Below are positions 17,310-25,995 of a DNA stretch of 44,417 bases, in pieces. How positions within the stretch are numbered: the stretch's first letter is position 1; the number at the start of each line of letters is the position of its first letter. The notes below the pieces were generated by a model. That model worked only from the letters and a program-made list of their open reading frames with translations, was not told the DNA's origin and did not search any database. The DNA comes from Escherichia phage jat. Both the position numbers and the translations under genes were made by a program. Location of the stretch: sequence record NC_073076.1. One strand, written 5' to 3'.

Positions 17310-19597
17310 AAGACTTCGAACGTCTGTTTCTCGACACCGAGACATTTAGCGGGGTGGACCTGAAGAAAGTGGGGGCGTACGCCTACGCAGAGCACCCAAC
17401 CACCGAGATTATGATTTGCACCTACGCCATCGACGAGGGCCGCGTGCAGACATGGGATTGCACTGAATCCCCCACAATGCCGCGTGAACTGCGCAAGGCG
17501 CTCCGCCATGTTTCCCGCAAGAAAGCAAAAATAGTGATGGCTAACGGCCTCCTGTTTGACCGCCTGGTTATCCGTGAGAAGTGGGGCATCGACCTGCCGG
17601 TAAGCCAGATCGAAGACACCATGATTATGGCATTTCGCCACGCGCTGCCCGGTAGCCTCGATATGCAGTGCCAGGTGCTGGGCGTTGACGCAGAGCACGC
17701 GAAGGATAAGGCAGGCAAGGCGCTGATTAAACGATTCTGTAAGCCCACCCCTAAGACCTACAAAATCCGCCGCTACACACGCGAGACGCACCCCGAAGAA
17801 TGGGCCAAATTCTTGCGCTATGCCGCGCTGGATATTGTTGCCATGCGTGAAGTCTACTGGCGCATACCGGACTGGGGCAACTCACCGAAGGAAGATGAAA
17901 TCCTGCTCATCGACCAGTTGATTAACGACCGCGGCTTCTACGTTGACGTTGACCTGGCGAACGCCGCGATCAAAGCGGTGCAGGCGCATAAGGAAGAATT
18001 GAAGGAAGAAGCCTGGGAGCGGTTTGGCGGTAAGCTGACCGGCAATGACTTCCTGCCAATCCTGCGTGATATTGCGCCAGCATTCACGATACACAACGCG
18101 CAGAAATCCACACTTAACGACCTGCTTGAAGACCCGGACTTCCCCGACGAAGGCAAAGCGCTTATCGAAATGCGCCTCGGTGCGTCATCAACGGCATCGA
18201 CTAAGTACAATCCGCTAGTTAACGGCTTATCCGCAGATGGTCGCCGCCGTGGGTGTCTTCAGTATGGTGGCGCAAAGCGCACGCTGCGCTGGGCTGGTAA
18301 AGGCTTCCAGCCTCAAAACCTGGCACGCGGCGAGTATAGCGACGATCACGAAGGGAAGATTAAGCGCCGCGAAGGCGAGAGCGACGTTGCTTTTTGGGTC
18401 CGGTCGCACATGCTCACCAACGGCATCAATTCCCTGTTACGCGGGACCGCGCACTGGGCGTATGACATATCTAAGCTAACAGCCTCGACCGTTCGCGGGT
18501 GCATTATCCCGGCTAAGGGCAAGAAGTTTGTCGTAGCGGACTACTCTAACGTGGAAGGGCGTGGCCTCGCCTGGATCGCTGGTGAGAAAACCGCGCTAAT
18601 GGTGTTTAGGGCCGGTCGCGATATTTATTGTGAAACTGCCGGTAAGATGTTCGGCCTTGACCCGGAATACATTAAAGCCAACCGCAAAGACCTACGCCAG
18701 ATTGGTAAGGCGTGTGAGTTGGGACTTGGCTATGGCGGCGGCGTGGCTGCGTTCTTGCAGTTCGCTAAAAACCTGGGCCTCGACCTTTACGCGATGGCGG
18801 ACGTCATGAAGGGCACATTCCCCGATCACATTTGGGCAGCGGCTAAACGGGGTTATGAGTACGCCCGCATTAACGAAGCGAAGCGACCGCCGAAGCCGGG
18901 CAAGAAGGACGAGCGCCCGACTTACATACTGACTAAAAACGTTTGGCTGACCTGCGACGCGATCAAACGCATGTGGCGTGAGGCCCACCCGAAGACGGTA
19001 GCCTTTTGGGCCGAGCTTGAGGACGCGGTGTTGTGTGCAATCCGCAATCCTGGCAAAGCGTACTGGGCTGGCGCGAGCGTTCGCCCGGATGGTAAGAAAG
19101 CGCTCAAGATAGTCCGCACGAAGGCGAAGCATGACCCAACCTTCGACGAGGAACGCGACGACCCGAACGCCGCGGGGTGGTGGTTGAAAATTGAGTTGCC
19201 GTCGGGGCGTATTATGAGTTATCCGGGCATTGCGCTGTCTGTCACTACCGAGATCGACGAAGATACTGGCAAGAAACGCACCAGCACCCGCATTAAATAT
19301 CAGGGCGAGAATCAGACGACCCGCCAGTGGGGCTTCCAGTACACCTACGGCGGCAAACTCACGGAAAACATCGTACAGGCGCTGTGTCGCGATATCCTCG
19401 CATGGTCCATGCCTGGCGTTGAAGCTGCGGGATATGAGATCGTACTGTCCGTACACGATGAACTGATAACCGAAGTTCCGGATACTGACGACTACACAAC
19501 CGAGGAGTTGTGCGCGCTGATGTGCGACCTGCCTGTTTGGGCGAAAGGCTTCCCGCTTGCCGCGGAAGGCGACATTATGTACAGGTACAGGAAATAA
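17306..19597 (+). CDS. DNA polymerase, family A, with 3'-5' exonuclease domain
   Basis: 763 aa; exo motif LFLDTETFSG; motif A DYSNVEGR, motif B RQIGKACELGLGYGGG, motif C SVHDEL. Confidence 0.9.
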   Translation: MKDFERLFLDTETFSGVDLKKVGAYAYAEHPTTEIMICTYAIDEGRVQTWDCTESPTMPRELRKALRHVSRKKAKIVMANGLLFDRLVIREKWGIDLPVSQIEDTMIMAFRHALPGSLDMQCQVLGVDAEHAKDKAGKALIKRFCKPTPKTYKIRRYTRETHPEEWAKFLRYAALDIVAMREVYWRIPDWGNSPKEDEILLIDQLINDRGFYVDVDLANAAIKAVQAHKEELKEEAWERFGGKLTGNDFLPILRDIAPAFTIHNAQKSTLNDLLEDPDFPDEGKALIEMRLGASSTASTKYNPLVNGLSADGRRRGCLQYGGAKRTLRWAGKGFQPQNLARGEYSDDHEGKIKRREGESDVAFWVRSHMLTNGINSLLRGTAHWAYDISKLTASTVRGCIIPAKGKKFVVADYSNVEGRGLAWIAGEKTALMVFRAGRDIYCETAGKMFGLDPEYIKANRKDLRQIGKACELGLGYGGGVAAFLQFAKNLGLDLYAMADVMKGTFPDHIWAAAKRGYEYARINEAKRPPKPGKKDERPTYILTKNVWLTCDAIKRMWREAHPKTVAFWAELEDAVLCAIRNPGKAYWAGASVRPDGKKALKIVRTKAKHDPTFDEERDDPNAAGWWLKIELPSGRIMSYPGIALSVTTEIDEDTGKKRTSTRIKYQGENQTTRQWGFQYTYGGKLTENIVQALCRDILAWSMPGVEAAGYEIVLSVHDELITEVPDTDDYTTEELCALMCDLPVWAKGFPLAAEGDIMYRYRK

Positions 19598-19875
19598 TGA
19601 CACCAGAAGGCAAGATTCAAAGTCACTTGATGAGACGGGTGAAAGCCGTCGGCGGATTCTGCCGCAAAGTTGCTTGGGAGGGGCGCGCAGGTGCTCCCGA
19701 TCTGATTATCATCATCAACGGCAGAATAGTTTTCGTCGAAGTGAAGCGCCCCGGAGGCAAACCGAAGCCGCACCAGGTACGAGAACATGAGCGGATGGCC
19801 CGCCGCGGTGCGGACGTTCGCGTCATCGACAACATAGCCGACTGTGATTTATTGGTTGCTGAATTGGTCGCTTAA
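19597..19875 (+). CDS. VRR-NUC domain nuclease
   Basis: 92 aa from ATG overlapping PolA stop (TAATG); PDL...EVK...Q pattern of PD-(D/E)XK VRR-NUC. Confidence 0.65.
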   Translation: MTPEGKIQSHLMRRVKAVGGFCRKVAWEGRAGAPDLIIIINGRIVFVEVKRPGGKPKPHQVREHERMARRGADVRVIDNIADCDLLVAELVA

Positions 19876-19916
19876 CAGTATAGTGAGCAGGTTAGCACTA
19901 ACGAGGATTTTAGAAA

Positions 19917-20089
19917 TGATTGAAGAAAAACGCTGCAGTAATTGCGGTTGCATCAAGCCGTTATCCCAGTTCCACAAATACACCGGTAAGACTGCGCGAA
20001 GTCCAGACGGGTATCGGGCCGAGTGCAAATCATGCCGCAATAAGAAAGAGCGCGAACGGCAGCGCCGCTACCGCGCAGCGCAAGAATAA
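19917..20089 (+). CDS. small Zn-ribbon protein
   Basis: 57 aa; CSNCGC ... CKSCRNK pairs of cysteines, basic C-terminus. Confidence 0.4.
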
Positions 20090-20095
20090 TTAATA

Positions 20096-20120
20096 CGGCG
20101 GGCTTGTCCCGCCATTTTTG
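20096..20120 (+). terminator. rho-independent terminator
   Basis: ggcggg/cccgcc stem with cttgt loop followed by ATTTTTG; stem-loop contains TTGTCCCGCC, the octamer of the iteron arrays. Confidence 0.5.
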
Positions 20121-20132
20121 GGAGACATGACG

Positions 20133-20351
20133 ATGAAAGAACACTACCGACTCACCACACTGGGCGAATGCAAACCAGGCGATCGCGTATGGTTTATCGC
20201 GGGCATGAACTACCCGCTGCCGTTGACGGTGTGCTGGCAAAAATTTAAGAGCTTCCGGGCGACCGGCGTGCACATCGGACACGCCACCAACTACGACGCC
20301 ACAAAAAGGAACTGGAACAGTGAAACCGAAGTCTGGAAAAAGGCGGAATAA
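20133..20351 (+). CDS. hypothetical protein
   Basis: 72 aa from ATG 20133 (GGAGA SD 7 nt upstream); track ORF begins at TTG 20118. Confidence 0.4.
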   Translation: MKEHYRLTTLGECKPGDRVWFIAGMNYPLPLTVCWQKFKSFRATGVHIGHATNYDATKRNWNSETEVWKKAE

Positions 20352-21780
20352 AGAAATGGCACGATTCCGACGCCGCGAATATCAGAAGTTGATAACCGCG
20401 TTCATCCTCAAGCATAAGCGCTGCAATATTTGGGCGACAATGGGGTCGGGTAAAACCGGCGCGACCATGTGGGCGCTGAATAAAATGTTCCAGACCGGCA
20501 TCCTGTCCAACCAGGATGACCGCGTACTGGTGCTGGCCCCGCTGCGCGTTGCGTCCGGTACATGGCCCCCGGAACAGGAGAAATGGCGCTTCCCAGCCTT
20601 GCTGGTAGTAGACGGCACTGGGTCAGAGAAGGACCGCATCGCTGCGCTTGAGAGCGACGCTAACGTGGTTTGTATTAACTATGATGTAGTTGAGTGGCTT
20701 GTCGAGTATTGCGGCGACGAGTGGCCCTTTACGGTCGTGGTTGCCGATGAATCCACTAAGCTGAAAGGATATAGAAGCAAGCAGGGAAGTAAGCGCGCCC
20801 GTGCGCTGGCAGCGATCGCACATAAGCACGTCAAGCGCTGGATTAACCTTACCGGCACACCCGCACCGAACGGGCTGAAAGACCTATGGGGCCAGACGTG
20901 GTTTGTCGACGGCGGCGAACGCCTCGGCAGTAGCTATAAGGCGTTCACGGACCGCTGGTTTATTAGCAAGCCTGTTAAGCCTGGCAGCTTCACGATGCAG
21001 CACGCCCCGCTTAAGAACTCCGAGAAAGAAATACAACAACGTCTGTCAGATGTATCCCTCACCGTTGACGCGGCGGAATACTTCGGGTGCGACAAGCCAA
21101 TCTATACGCCGGTTGTTGTGGACCTGCCGAAGAAAGCGCGCAAGATTTATGACCAGTTTGAAAGCGAGCTATTTGCCGAACTGGAAAGCGGAACAGTGGA
21201 AGCGGCGAACGCGGCATCGAAGACAATTAAGTGCCTTCAGCTTGCATCCGGGGCCGTGTATAAGGTGGACGAAGACGGCGAACGGACCGACGAGTGGGTG
21301 AAGATTCACGACGCGAAGCTGGACGCGCTGGAAAGTATCGTGGAGGAGTTGAACGGTGCGCCGTTGCTCGTTGCGTATCAGTACAAGCATGACCTGGCAC
21401 GTCTTAAGAAGAAATTTCCGCACGGCGTTGCGCTGGGTAAAGGTAAGCAGGGAAATAAGGATATGGAAGCGTGGAACAGAGGCGAGATCCCCATCATGTT
21501 TGCGCACCCGGCATCGGCGGGCCACGGCCTTAACTTGCAGGACGGCGGTCATCACCTGGCAATCTTCTCCGATACCTGGAACTTTGAGCACTTTTCGCAG
21601 ATCGTTGAACGTATCGGGCCGGTTCGCCAGATGCAAGCAGGACACCCCCGTCCGGTATTCGTCTACATTATCCAGGCGCGCGGAACACTGGACGAACTGG
21701 TCGCCGAGCGTCGCGACAGTAAGCGGGATATTCAGGACGACTTGATGGAATACATGAAAGCTAAGAAGGCGCGCAAATGA
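20320..21780 (+). CDS. SNF2-family helicase / ATPase
   Basis: 486 aa; Walker A-like GSGKTG, DEAH-like VVADESTKLK; probable true start ATG 20356 (MARFRRREYQ) after SD. Confidence 0.75.
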   Translation: MKPKSGKRRNKEMARFRRREYQKLITAFILKHKRCNIWATMGSGKTGATMWALNKMFQTGILSNQDDRVLVLAPLRVASGTWPPEQEKWRFPALLVVDGTGSEKDRIAALESDANVVCINYDVVEWLVEYCGDEWPFTVVVADESTKLKGYRSKQGSKRARALAAIAHKHVKRWINLTGTPAPNGLKDLWGQTWFVDGGERLGSSYKAFTDRWFISKPVKPGSFTMQHAPLKNSEKEIQQRLSDVSLTVDAAEYFGCDKPIYTPVVVDLPKKARKIYDQFESELFAELESGTVEAANAASKTIKCLQLASGAVYKVDEDGERTDEWVKIHDAKLDALESIVEELNGAPLLVAYQYKHDLARLKKKFPHGVALGKGKQGNKDMEAWNRGEIPIMFAHPASAGHGLNLQDGGHHLAIFSDTWNFEHFSQIVERIGPVRQMQAGHPRPVFVYIIQARGTLDELVAERRDSKRDIQDDLMEYMKAKKARK

Positions 21781-22472
21781 TAATCTGGTCATTGTTTGAC
21801 GGCAGCGGCTTGATGATTGAGCGTGCTGCCGAGATGGGGCATAAGTGTTATTGCTTCAACTATTCCGAAGCCGATCACGGGTCTTACCTTGACTACCGGA
21901 TTTATGGTCGCGGAATCCGATATCGCAATGAGTTTATAGATATGGACTTTGTGGACCGCGCGATGAATGGCGATTTCGGTACGCCGGATATCATCTATGC
22001 ATTCCCTCCGTGTACGGATCTGGCAGTGAGCGGCGCGCCAGCTTTCCCGCGCAAGCGTGCGAAAGACCCAGCCTTTCAGCTTAAGGCGGTGCGCACCGCG
22101 AAGATCGCCGCTTACCTGGGTGACTTCTTCGAAGTGCCATATATGATTGAGAATCCGCGCAGTGTGCTCTCCACCCAGTGGCGCAAGCCAGACCACTCGT
22201 TTGATCCGTGGGAGTATGGGGGCTATCTGCCGGAGGATGACGTACACCCGCTCTTCCCGGAATACATCAACGCCCGCGATTCATATCCGAAGCGGACCTG
22301 CTTATGGACCGGCAACGGCTTTCGTATGCCAGAGAAAAAGCCTGTATTCGTTGAAAAAGGGTACTCGAAGCAGTATAGTCGCCTCGGAGGCAAATCAGCC
22401 CGCACCAAATTAATCCGGTCGCTCACCCCGCGCGGCTTCGCGATAGCGGTCAATGAGGAAAATTTAAAATGA
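21777..22472 (+). CDS. C5-cytosine methyltransferase-like protein (compact)
   Basis: 231 aa; motif I-like LFDGSG, motif IV-like FPPCTDLAVSGA (Pro-Cys), motif VI-like ENP; ATGA overlap with helicase stop. Confidence 0.45.
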   Translation: MIIWSLFDGSGLMIERAAEMGHKCYCFNYSEADHGSYLDYRIYGRGIRYRNEFIDMDFVDRAMNGDFGTPDIIYAFPPCTDLAVSGAPAFPRKRAKDPAFQLKAVRTAKIAAYLGDFFEVPYMIENPRSVLSTQWRKPDHSFDPWEYGGYLPEDDVHPLFPEYINARDSYPKRTCLWTGNGFRMPEKKPVFVEKGYSKQYSRLGGKSARTKLIRSLTPRGFAIAVNEENLK

Positions 22473-22792
22473 ATACTACATTCGAAGCCATTGATTTTTC
22501 GGTTGCAATGACTAACCAGTTATTCTCCTACGACAGCAAAACCGGCGTCATTCGTCTGAAGTCCACCGGCTGCAAAATTGGCAACCTTAACACTGCCGAT
22601 GGCGGCACGCGCATCGAATGCAACGGCAAAACTCTATCGGGCGCACGCGTGGCGTGGATTATCGCGACCGGCAATACAATTCCTCCAGGCTACGCCGTTG
22701 TGTGCCGCCAGCGAACACCAGGCCACTACGGCAACCGAATCAGCAATCTGTATCTGGTAGACGTTGCACGCGACCCAAATTTTTATTCGTAA
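22469..22792 (+). CDS. hypothetical protein, possibly degenerate HNH-like endonuclease
   Basis: 107 aa; weak resemblance to HNH_3-type homing endonuclease core (ARVAWIIATGNTIPPGYAVV...HYGNRISNL); ATGA overlap with methyltransferase-like gene. Confidence 0.25.
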   Translation: MNTTFEAIDFSVAMTNQLFSYDSKTGVIRLKSTGCKIGNLNTADGGTRIECNGKTLSGARVAWIIATGNTIPPGYAVVCRQRTPGHYGNRISNLYLVDVARDPNFYS

Positions 22793-22827
22793 ATTGGTTG
22801 CATAATTAGATTGGTTGCATTATCTTA

Positions 22828-22858
22828 AGGGTGTCCGGTTGGACGCCTTTTTTTTTTA
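22828..22858 (+). terminator. rho-independent terminator
   Basis: ggtgtcc/ggacgcc stem (one G-U) with ggtt loop followed by T10. Confidence 0.55.
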
Positions 22859-22876
22859 ATACCGGGAGACAACACG

Positions 22877-23119
22877 ATGAAATCATTATTTTTCGACTAC
22901 GACGGCGACCTTCGATTTTGGGTGATACTCACCCTCATGTTTGCCGTTTGTATTTGCGTTCCTACCGCTGCTATTTACTACACGGAACGCTACGGGTGCA
23001 AGACCGTGTACCCTGAGCAAACAGGCCGTAACACACAATGGCGATACGGTGTCTGCTGGGTTGAAATGGATGGCAAATTGATTCCTCGCGATGAGATTCG
23101 CACAACGGAGATTAAATAA
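22877..23119 (+). CDS. small membrane protein, hypothetical
   Basis: 80 aa; hydrophobic helix WVILTLMFAVCICVPTAAIYY. Confidence 0.4.
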   Translation: MKSLFFDYDGDLRFWVILTLMFAVCICVPTAAIYYTERYGCKTVYPEQTGRNTQWRYGVCWVEMDGKLIPRDEIRTTEIK

Positions 23120-23584
23120 ATGAAAATTTTACAAGAAGAGAAAAATTACTGGGCTGCGCAATGCCTCGAAGCCCGCGAACAGGCCGAACGTGCGAACGCG
23201 CTGGCAGATACCTACCTGTCAAGCTATGAAACGGAAGAAAAGCGCCGCATGGAGTTAGAGGAGCGCTTCGAACTGCTTTTCGAATTGATGGGGATTATGC
23301 AGCGCACCGGATATACAACCAGCGTTGCACTAAACCGCGTCACGGCTGATGCGTTGCGGGAGCACTGTAAACGTGCGGAGGAGTACGTGCGCCCGAAGGG
23401 CCGCCAGTCTTCGATCGCCCGGAAAGACCTTGTGCTTATGGCGTGGCGCAACCCTACAAACGGCAGCTTCTACCCGGACGCGCGCCCGCTTAGCGCCGAG
23501 GAATCAAAGCGCGTGCAGCGCGTCATCAAAAAAGGCGATAAGATCCCACTTTATGCGATAGACACCGACCATGACGAAGAATGA
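23120..23584 (+). CDS. hypothetical protein
   Basis: 154 aa, charged, coiled-coil-like N-terminus. Confidence 0.45.
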   Translation: MKILQEEKNYWAAQCLEAREQAERANALADTYLSSYETEEKRRMELEERFELLFELMGIMQRTGYTTSVALNRVTADALREHCKRAEEYVRPKGRQSSIARKDLVLMAWRNPTNGSFYPDARPLSAEESKRVQRVIKKGDKIPLYAIDTDHDEE

Positions 23585-24056
23585 GCAGAAAGATAGCTGG
23601 CGCACACCGCCAGCTTTATTTAAACCGCTTCGTCGGAAGTACCGATTCCGTTACGATATGGCGGCGAGCGACGCCAACCACCTGCTACCGCGTTACTTCA
23701 CGGCAGAGCACAGCGCGCTTGATGTGGACTGGGCAGAGTTGAAAGGGTGGAAGTGGTGCAATCCGCCGTATTCCGACCCGCTGCCGTGGGTGGAATGCGC
23801 AGCGCACGGACGCCGGACTGTCATGCTACTGAACCAGGACACGTCGACGAAGTGGGCGAAGCTGGCCCGGAAGACTGCAAACCTGATAATTCTTCTGGAC
23901 TGGCGGATTAGATTCATTCACGCCGTCACCGGCGAAGTCGGGCCGAGCAATAACAAGTGCCAGCAATTGATAATCTTTGACGAAGCGCCGCCAATCGGCA
24001 GCGCACGAATTGAAATAATGAGCGAAGGAGAACTCCTTGAATATCTTAATCGTTGA
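23571..24056 (+). CDS. DNA N6-adenine methyltransferase (phage Dam-type)
   Basis: 161 aa; SWRTPPALF...DMAASDANHL...WCNPPYS signature of phage Dam methyltransferases. Confidence 0.8.
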   Translation: MTKNEQKDSWRTPPALFKPLRRKYRFRYDMAASDANHLLPRYFTAEHSALDVDWAELKGWKWCNPPYSDPLPWVECAAHGRRTVMLLNQDTSTKWAKLARKTANLIILLDWRIRFIHAVTGEVGPSNNKCQQLIIFDEAPPIGSARIEIMSEGELLEYLNR

Positions 24057-24261
24057 CCGCGACCCTGCGGTAGTAGACCGAATGCAAAGAGACTATAACA
24101 TAGACCCGCGCCGCGATCGTGTGAAGCGAGTGTCACGTCCAGAATATATCCTGGGTATGGACCTCACCGGCTGGCTTGTCATAACCGCAAATTGGCATCT
24201 TGTGTGTAACAAGTTTTCCGCCAGAGTTGTTCGTTCGGATTTGGTTGAGGAATTAAAATGA
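24037..24261 (+). CDS. hypothetical protein
   Basis: 74 aa ORF overlapping neighbours at both ends. Confidence 0.35.
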   Translation: MNILIVDRDPAVVDRMQRDYNIDPRRDRVKRVSRPEYILGMDLTGWLVITANWHLVCNKFSARVVRSDLVEELK

Positions 24262-24728
24262 AACTACTGATTTGTGATTTGGATGGCGTTATTAATGGTT
24301 CGAGTGATGCACGCGCCGACCTGGTTCCGGGTATAAAAACCAAATCAACATTTTGGGCGAAGTGGCACAAAGCGCACGTACGCGAAGACCTGAACATGGA
24401 TATGCTGCCGCTGCTGCGCATGTACAAAGAGCAAGGCTTCGAGATCGCTTATCTGACAAACCGGCAGCGAGAATGCTGGGAGACTACCGTCGAGCAATTG
24501 GAGGTCTTCCCGGTGGGCCGGTTGTTTATGCGCCACATGCTGGACGACACCCCGCCGCCAGAGTTTAAGGCGTGCGCCGTGTTCAAAATGGTCTGCTATG
24601 CAGACGTGTCGGAACTGGTCATCATTGAAGATTGCGAGAAGAACATCGCGGCAATTCGTCGGGCGTGCAGCGATCTGGTCCCGAAAATTTACGCAATAAA
24701 TGTTGCAAAATTCACTTGCAACCAATAG
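24258..24728 (+). CDS. HAD-superfamily hydrolase-like protein
   Basis: 156 aa; N-terminal DLDGVI motif (HAD motif I DxDG[TV]). Confidence 0.5.
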   Translation: MKLLICDLDGVINGSSDARADLVPGIKTKSTFWAKWHKAHVREDLNMDMLPLLRMYKEQGFEIAYLTNRQRECWETTVEQLEVFPVGRLFMRHMLDDTPPPEFKACAVFKMVCYADVSELVIIEDCEKNIAAIRRACSDLVPKIYAINVAKFTCNQ

Positions 24729-24739
24729 GTTGGTTGCAC
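24716..24739. promoter_or_regulatory. palindromic TTGGTTGCA motif pair, candidate operator/promoter
   Basis: TGCAACCAA-tagg-TTGGTTGCA perfect 9-bp inverted repeat directly upstream of gene 24791; possible -35 TTGCAA and -10 TATAGT. Confidence 0.4.
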
Positions 24740-24790
24740 TATAGTTAACGCGTCGGGGCAATATGGCCCCACGCTTAGAAGGACAACATA

Positions 24791-25345
24791 ATGAAAGCAT
24801 ACGAATACTGCAAAAACGCCGCCACCACTATGGAACAGCGCGGGAAAGAAAATGGCTATGACAACGCGAAAGAGGAACGCAGTGCTAAGCAGATCGCTGC
24901 CGTGTTTAATGCGCTTACCGGTCGCGACCTGACCGAGCAAGAAGCCTGGACCTTCCTGATCTGCCTAAAACTGGTACGCCAGCACCGTAAACACCAGGAT
25001 GATAACATCGTGGACCTGGTAGCGTATGCGGCCTTGCTGGGCGAGTCGTACATGACCGTACACGACGAGATTCAGGTCGATACAACGGCAGAACAGTTTG
25101 AAAGCCTCAAAGATCTGTCCGTGCGTCTTGACGGCGAGAATAATGCGTATAACAGTGCAATGCACGTTACCGAGGATATGGCGGCTTCGTTCAGGAAGAC
25201 CGTTAAAGCTGCCGATTTCGGCGTCGTAGACCAGGACGTCCAGCCTATGGTCGTGCTCACCGGCGAAGATGGGTCCAAAATACTTATGACGCCGGAAGAC
25301 TTCCGTAACATGGAAAAAACACTGGTGACTGGCGCACTTAAATAA
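24791..25345 (+). CDS. hypothetical protein
   Basis: 184 aa. Confidence 0.45.
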   Translation: MKAYEYCKNAATTMEQRGKENGYDNAKEERSAKQIAAVFNALTGRDLTEQEAWTFLICLKLVRQHRKHQDDNIVDLVAYAALLGESYMTVHDEIQVDTTAEQFESLKDLSVRLDGENNAYNSAMHVTEDMAASFRKTVKAADFGVVDQDVQPMVVLTGEDGSKILMTPEDFRNMEKTLVTGALK

Positions 25346-25387
25346 TTCTAATAGCGGGCTTCGGCCCGCATCAATGAGGACCACACA

Positions 25388-25963
25388 ATGTACGGCGAAT
25401 ATGAAATATCCGGTAAACAATTCCACCTGGCGGCAATGATAGCAAGCATCGAGTTTGATCAATGGCGCTTAAAGTCCGACGCGTGCAAGCAAAGCCGTCT
25501 TGTTGGTGTGCTGGGCGAGATGTTTGCAGGAATGTACCTTGAGGGTCAAGCGGGCGGGCGTAGTTGCATACCGCAAGGCTTACTAATGCGTACCGGCCTG
25601 TTTAGCGCCAATACCATCGACCGCGGCGATATCATCATGGTCGGCAAGCGCAAGGTAAAGTCCGGTCCAGACTTCCGCGAGCATGTGATCGATGCCGTAT
25701 GGACCTACGAGGTTAAGGCCACCAGCGGCATCCGTCGAGGGCTGGTAGAGGCGCGTTGCGCTCGCGAATATCTATCACGTCGCGTTGCCGGCGTTATCCT
25801 GGTGGGTGTATCGTTCTGTCAGCACAGCGCGCATGGCGTGATTGAGGATATCGCAGAGCCATACGTGATTGTGAACGATTGGCCTTTGGTGGAAGTGGAA
25901 GGAAAGGAATATTACGAAAGCCCGCTGGTGCGGCGCAAAATGGACTGGGAAAACTCAAACTAA
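25388..25963 (+). CDS. hypothetical protein
   Basis: 191 aa; last gene of plus-strand block, followed by bidirectional terminator. Confidence 0.45.
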   Translation: MYGEYEISGKQFHLAAMIASIEFDQWRLKSDACKQSRLVGVLGEMFAGMYLEGQAGGRSCIPQGLLMRTGLFSANTIDRGDIIMVGKRKVKSGPDFREHVIDAVWTYEVKATSGIRRGLVEARCAREYLSRRVAGVILVGVSFCQHSAHGVIEDIAEPYVIVNDWPLVEVEGKEYYESPLVRRKMDWENSN

Positions 25964-25995
25964 AAAAGGGGCCGTATGGCCCCTCTCTTATTTCT
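25961..25995. terminator. bidirectional rho-independent terminator
   Basis: aggggcc/ggcccct 7-bp stem with gtat loop, A6 upstream and T-rich downstream, between convergent genes. Confidence 0.6.

Noticed and set aside
18692-19603. 303-aa minus-strand ORF inside the DNA polymerase gene
   Set aside because: Antisense to a gene with clear polymerase motifs A, B and C; Arg-rich low-complexity translation.
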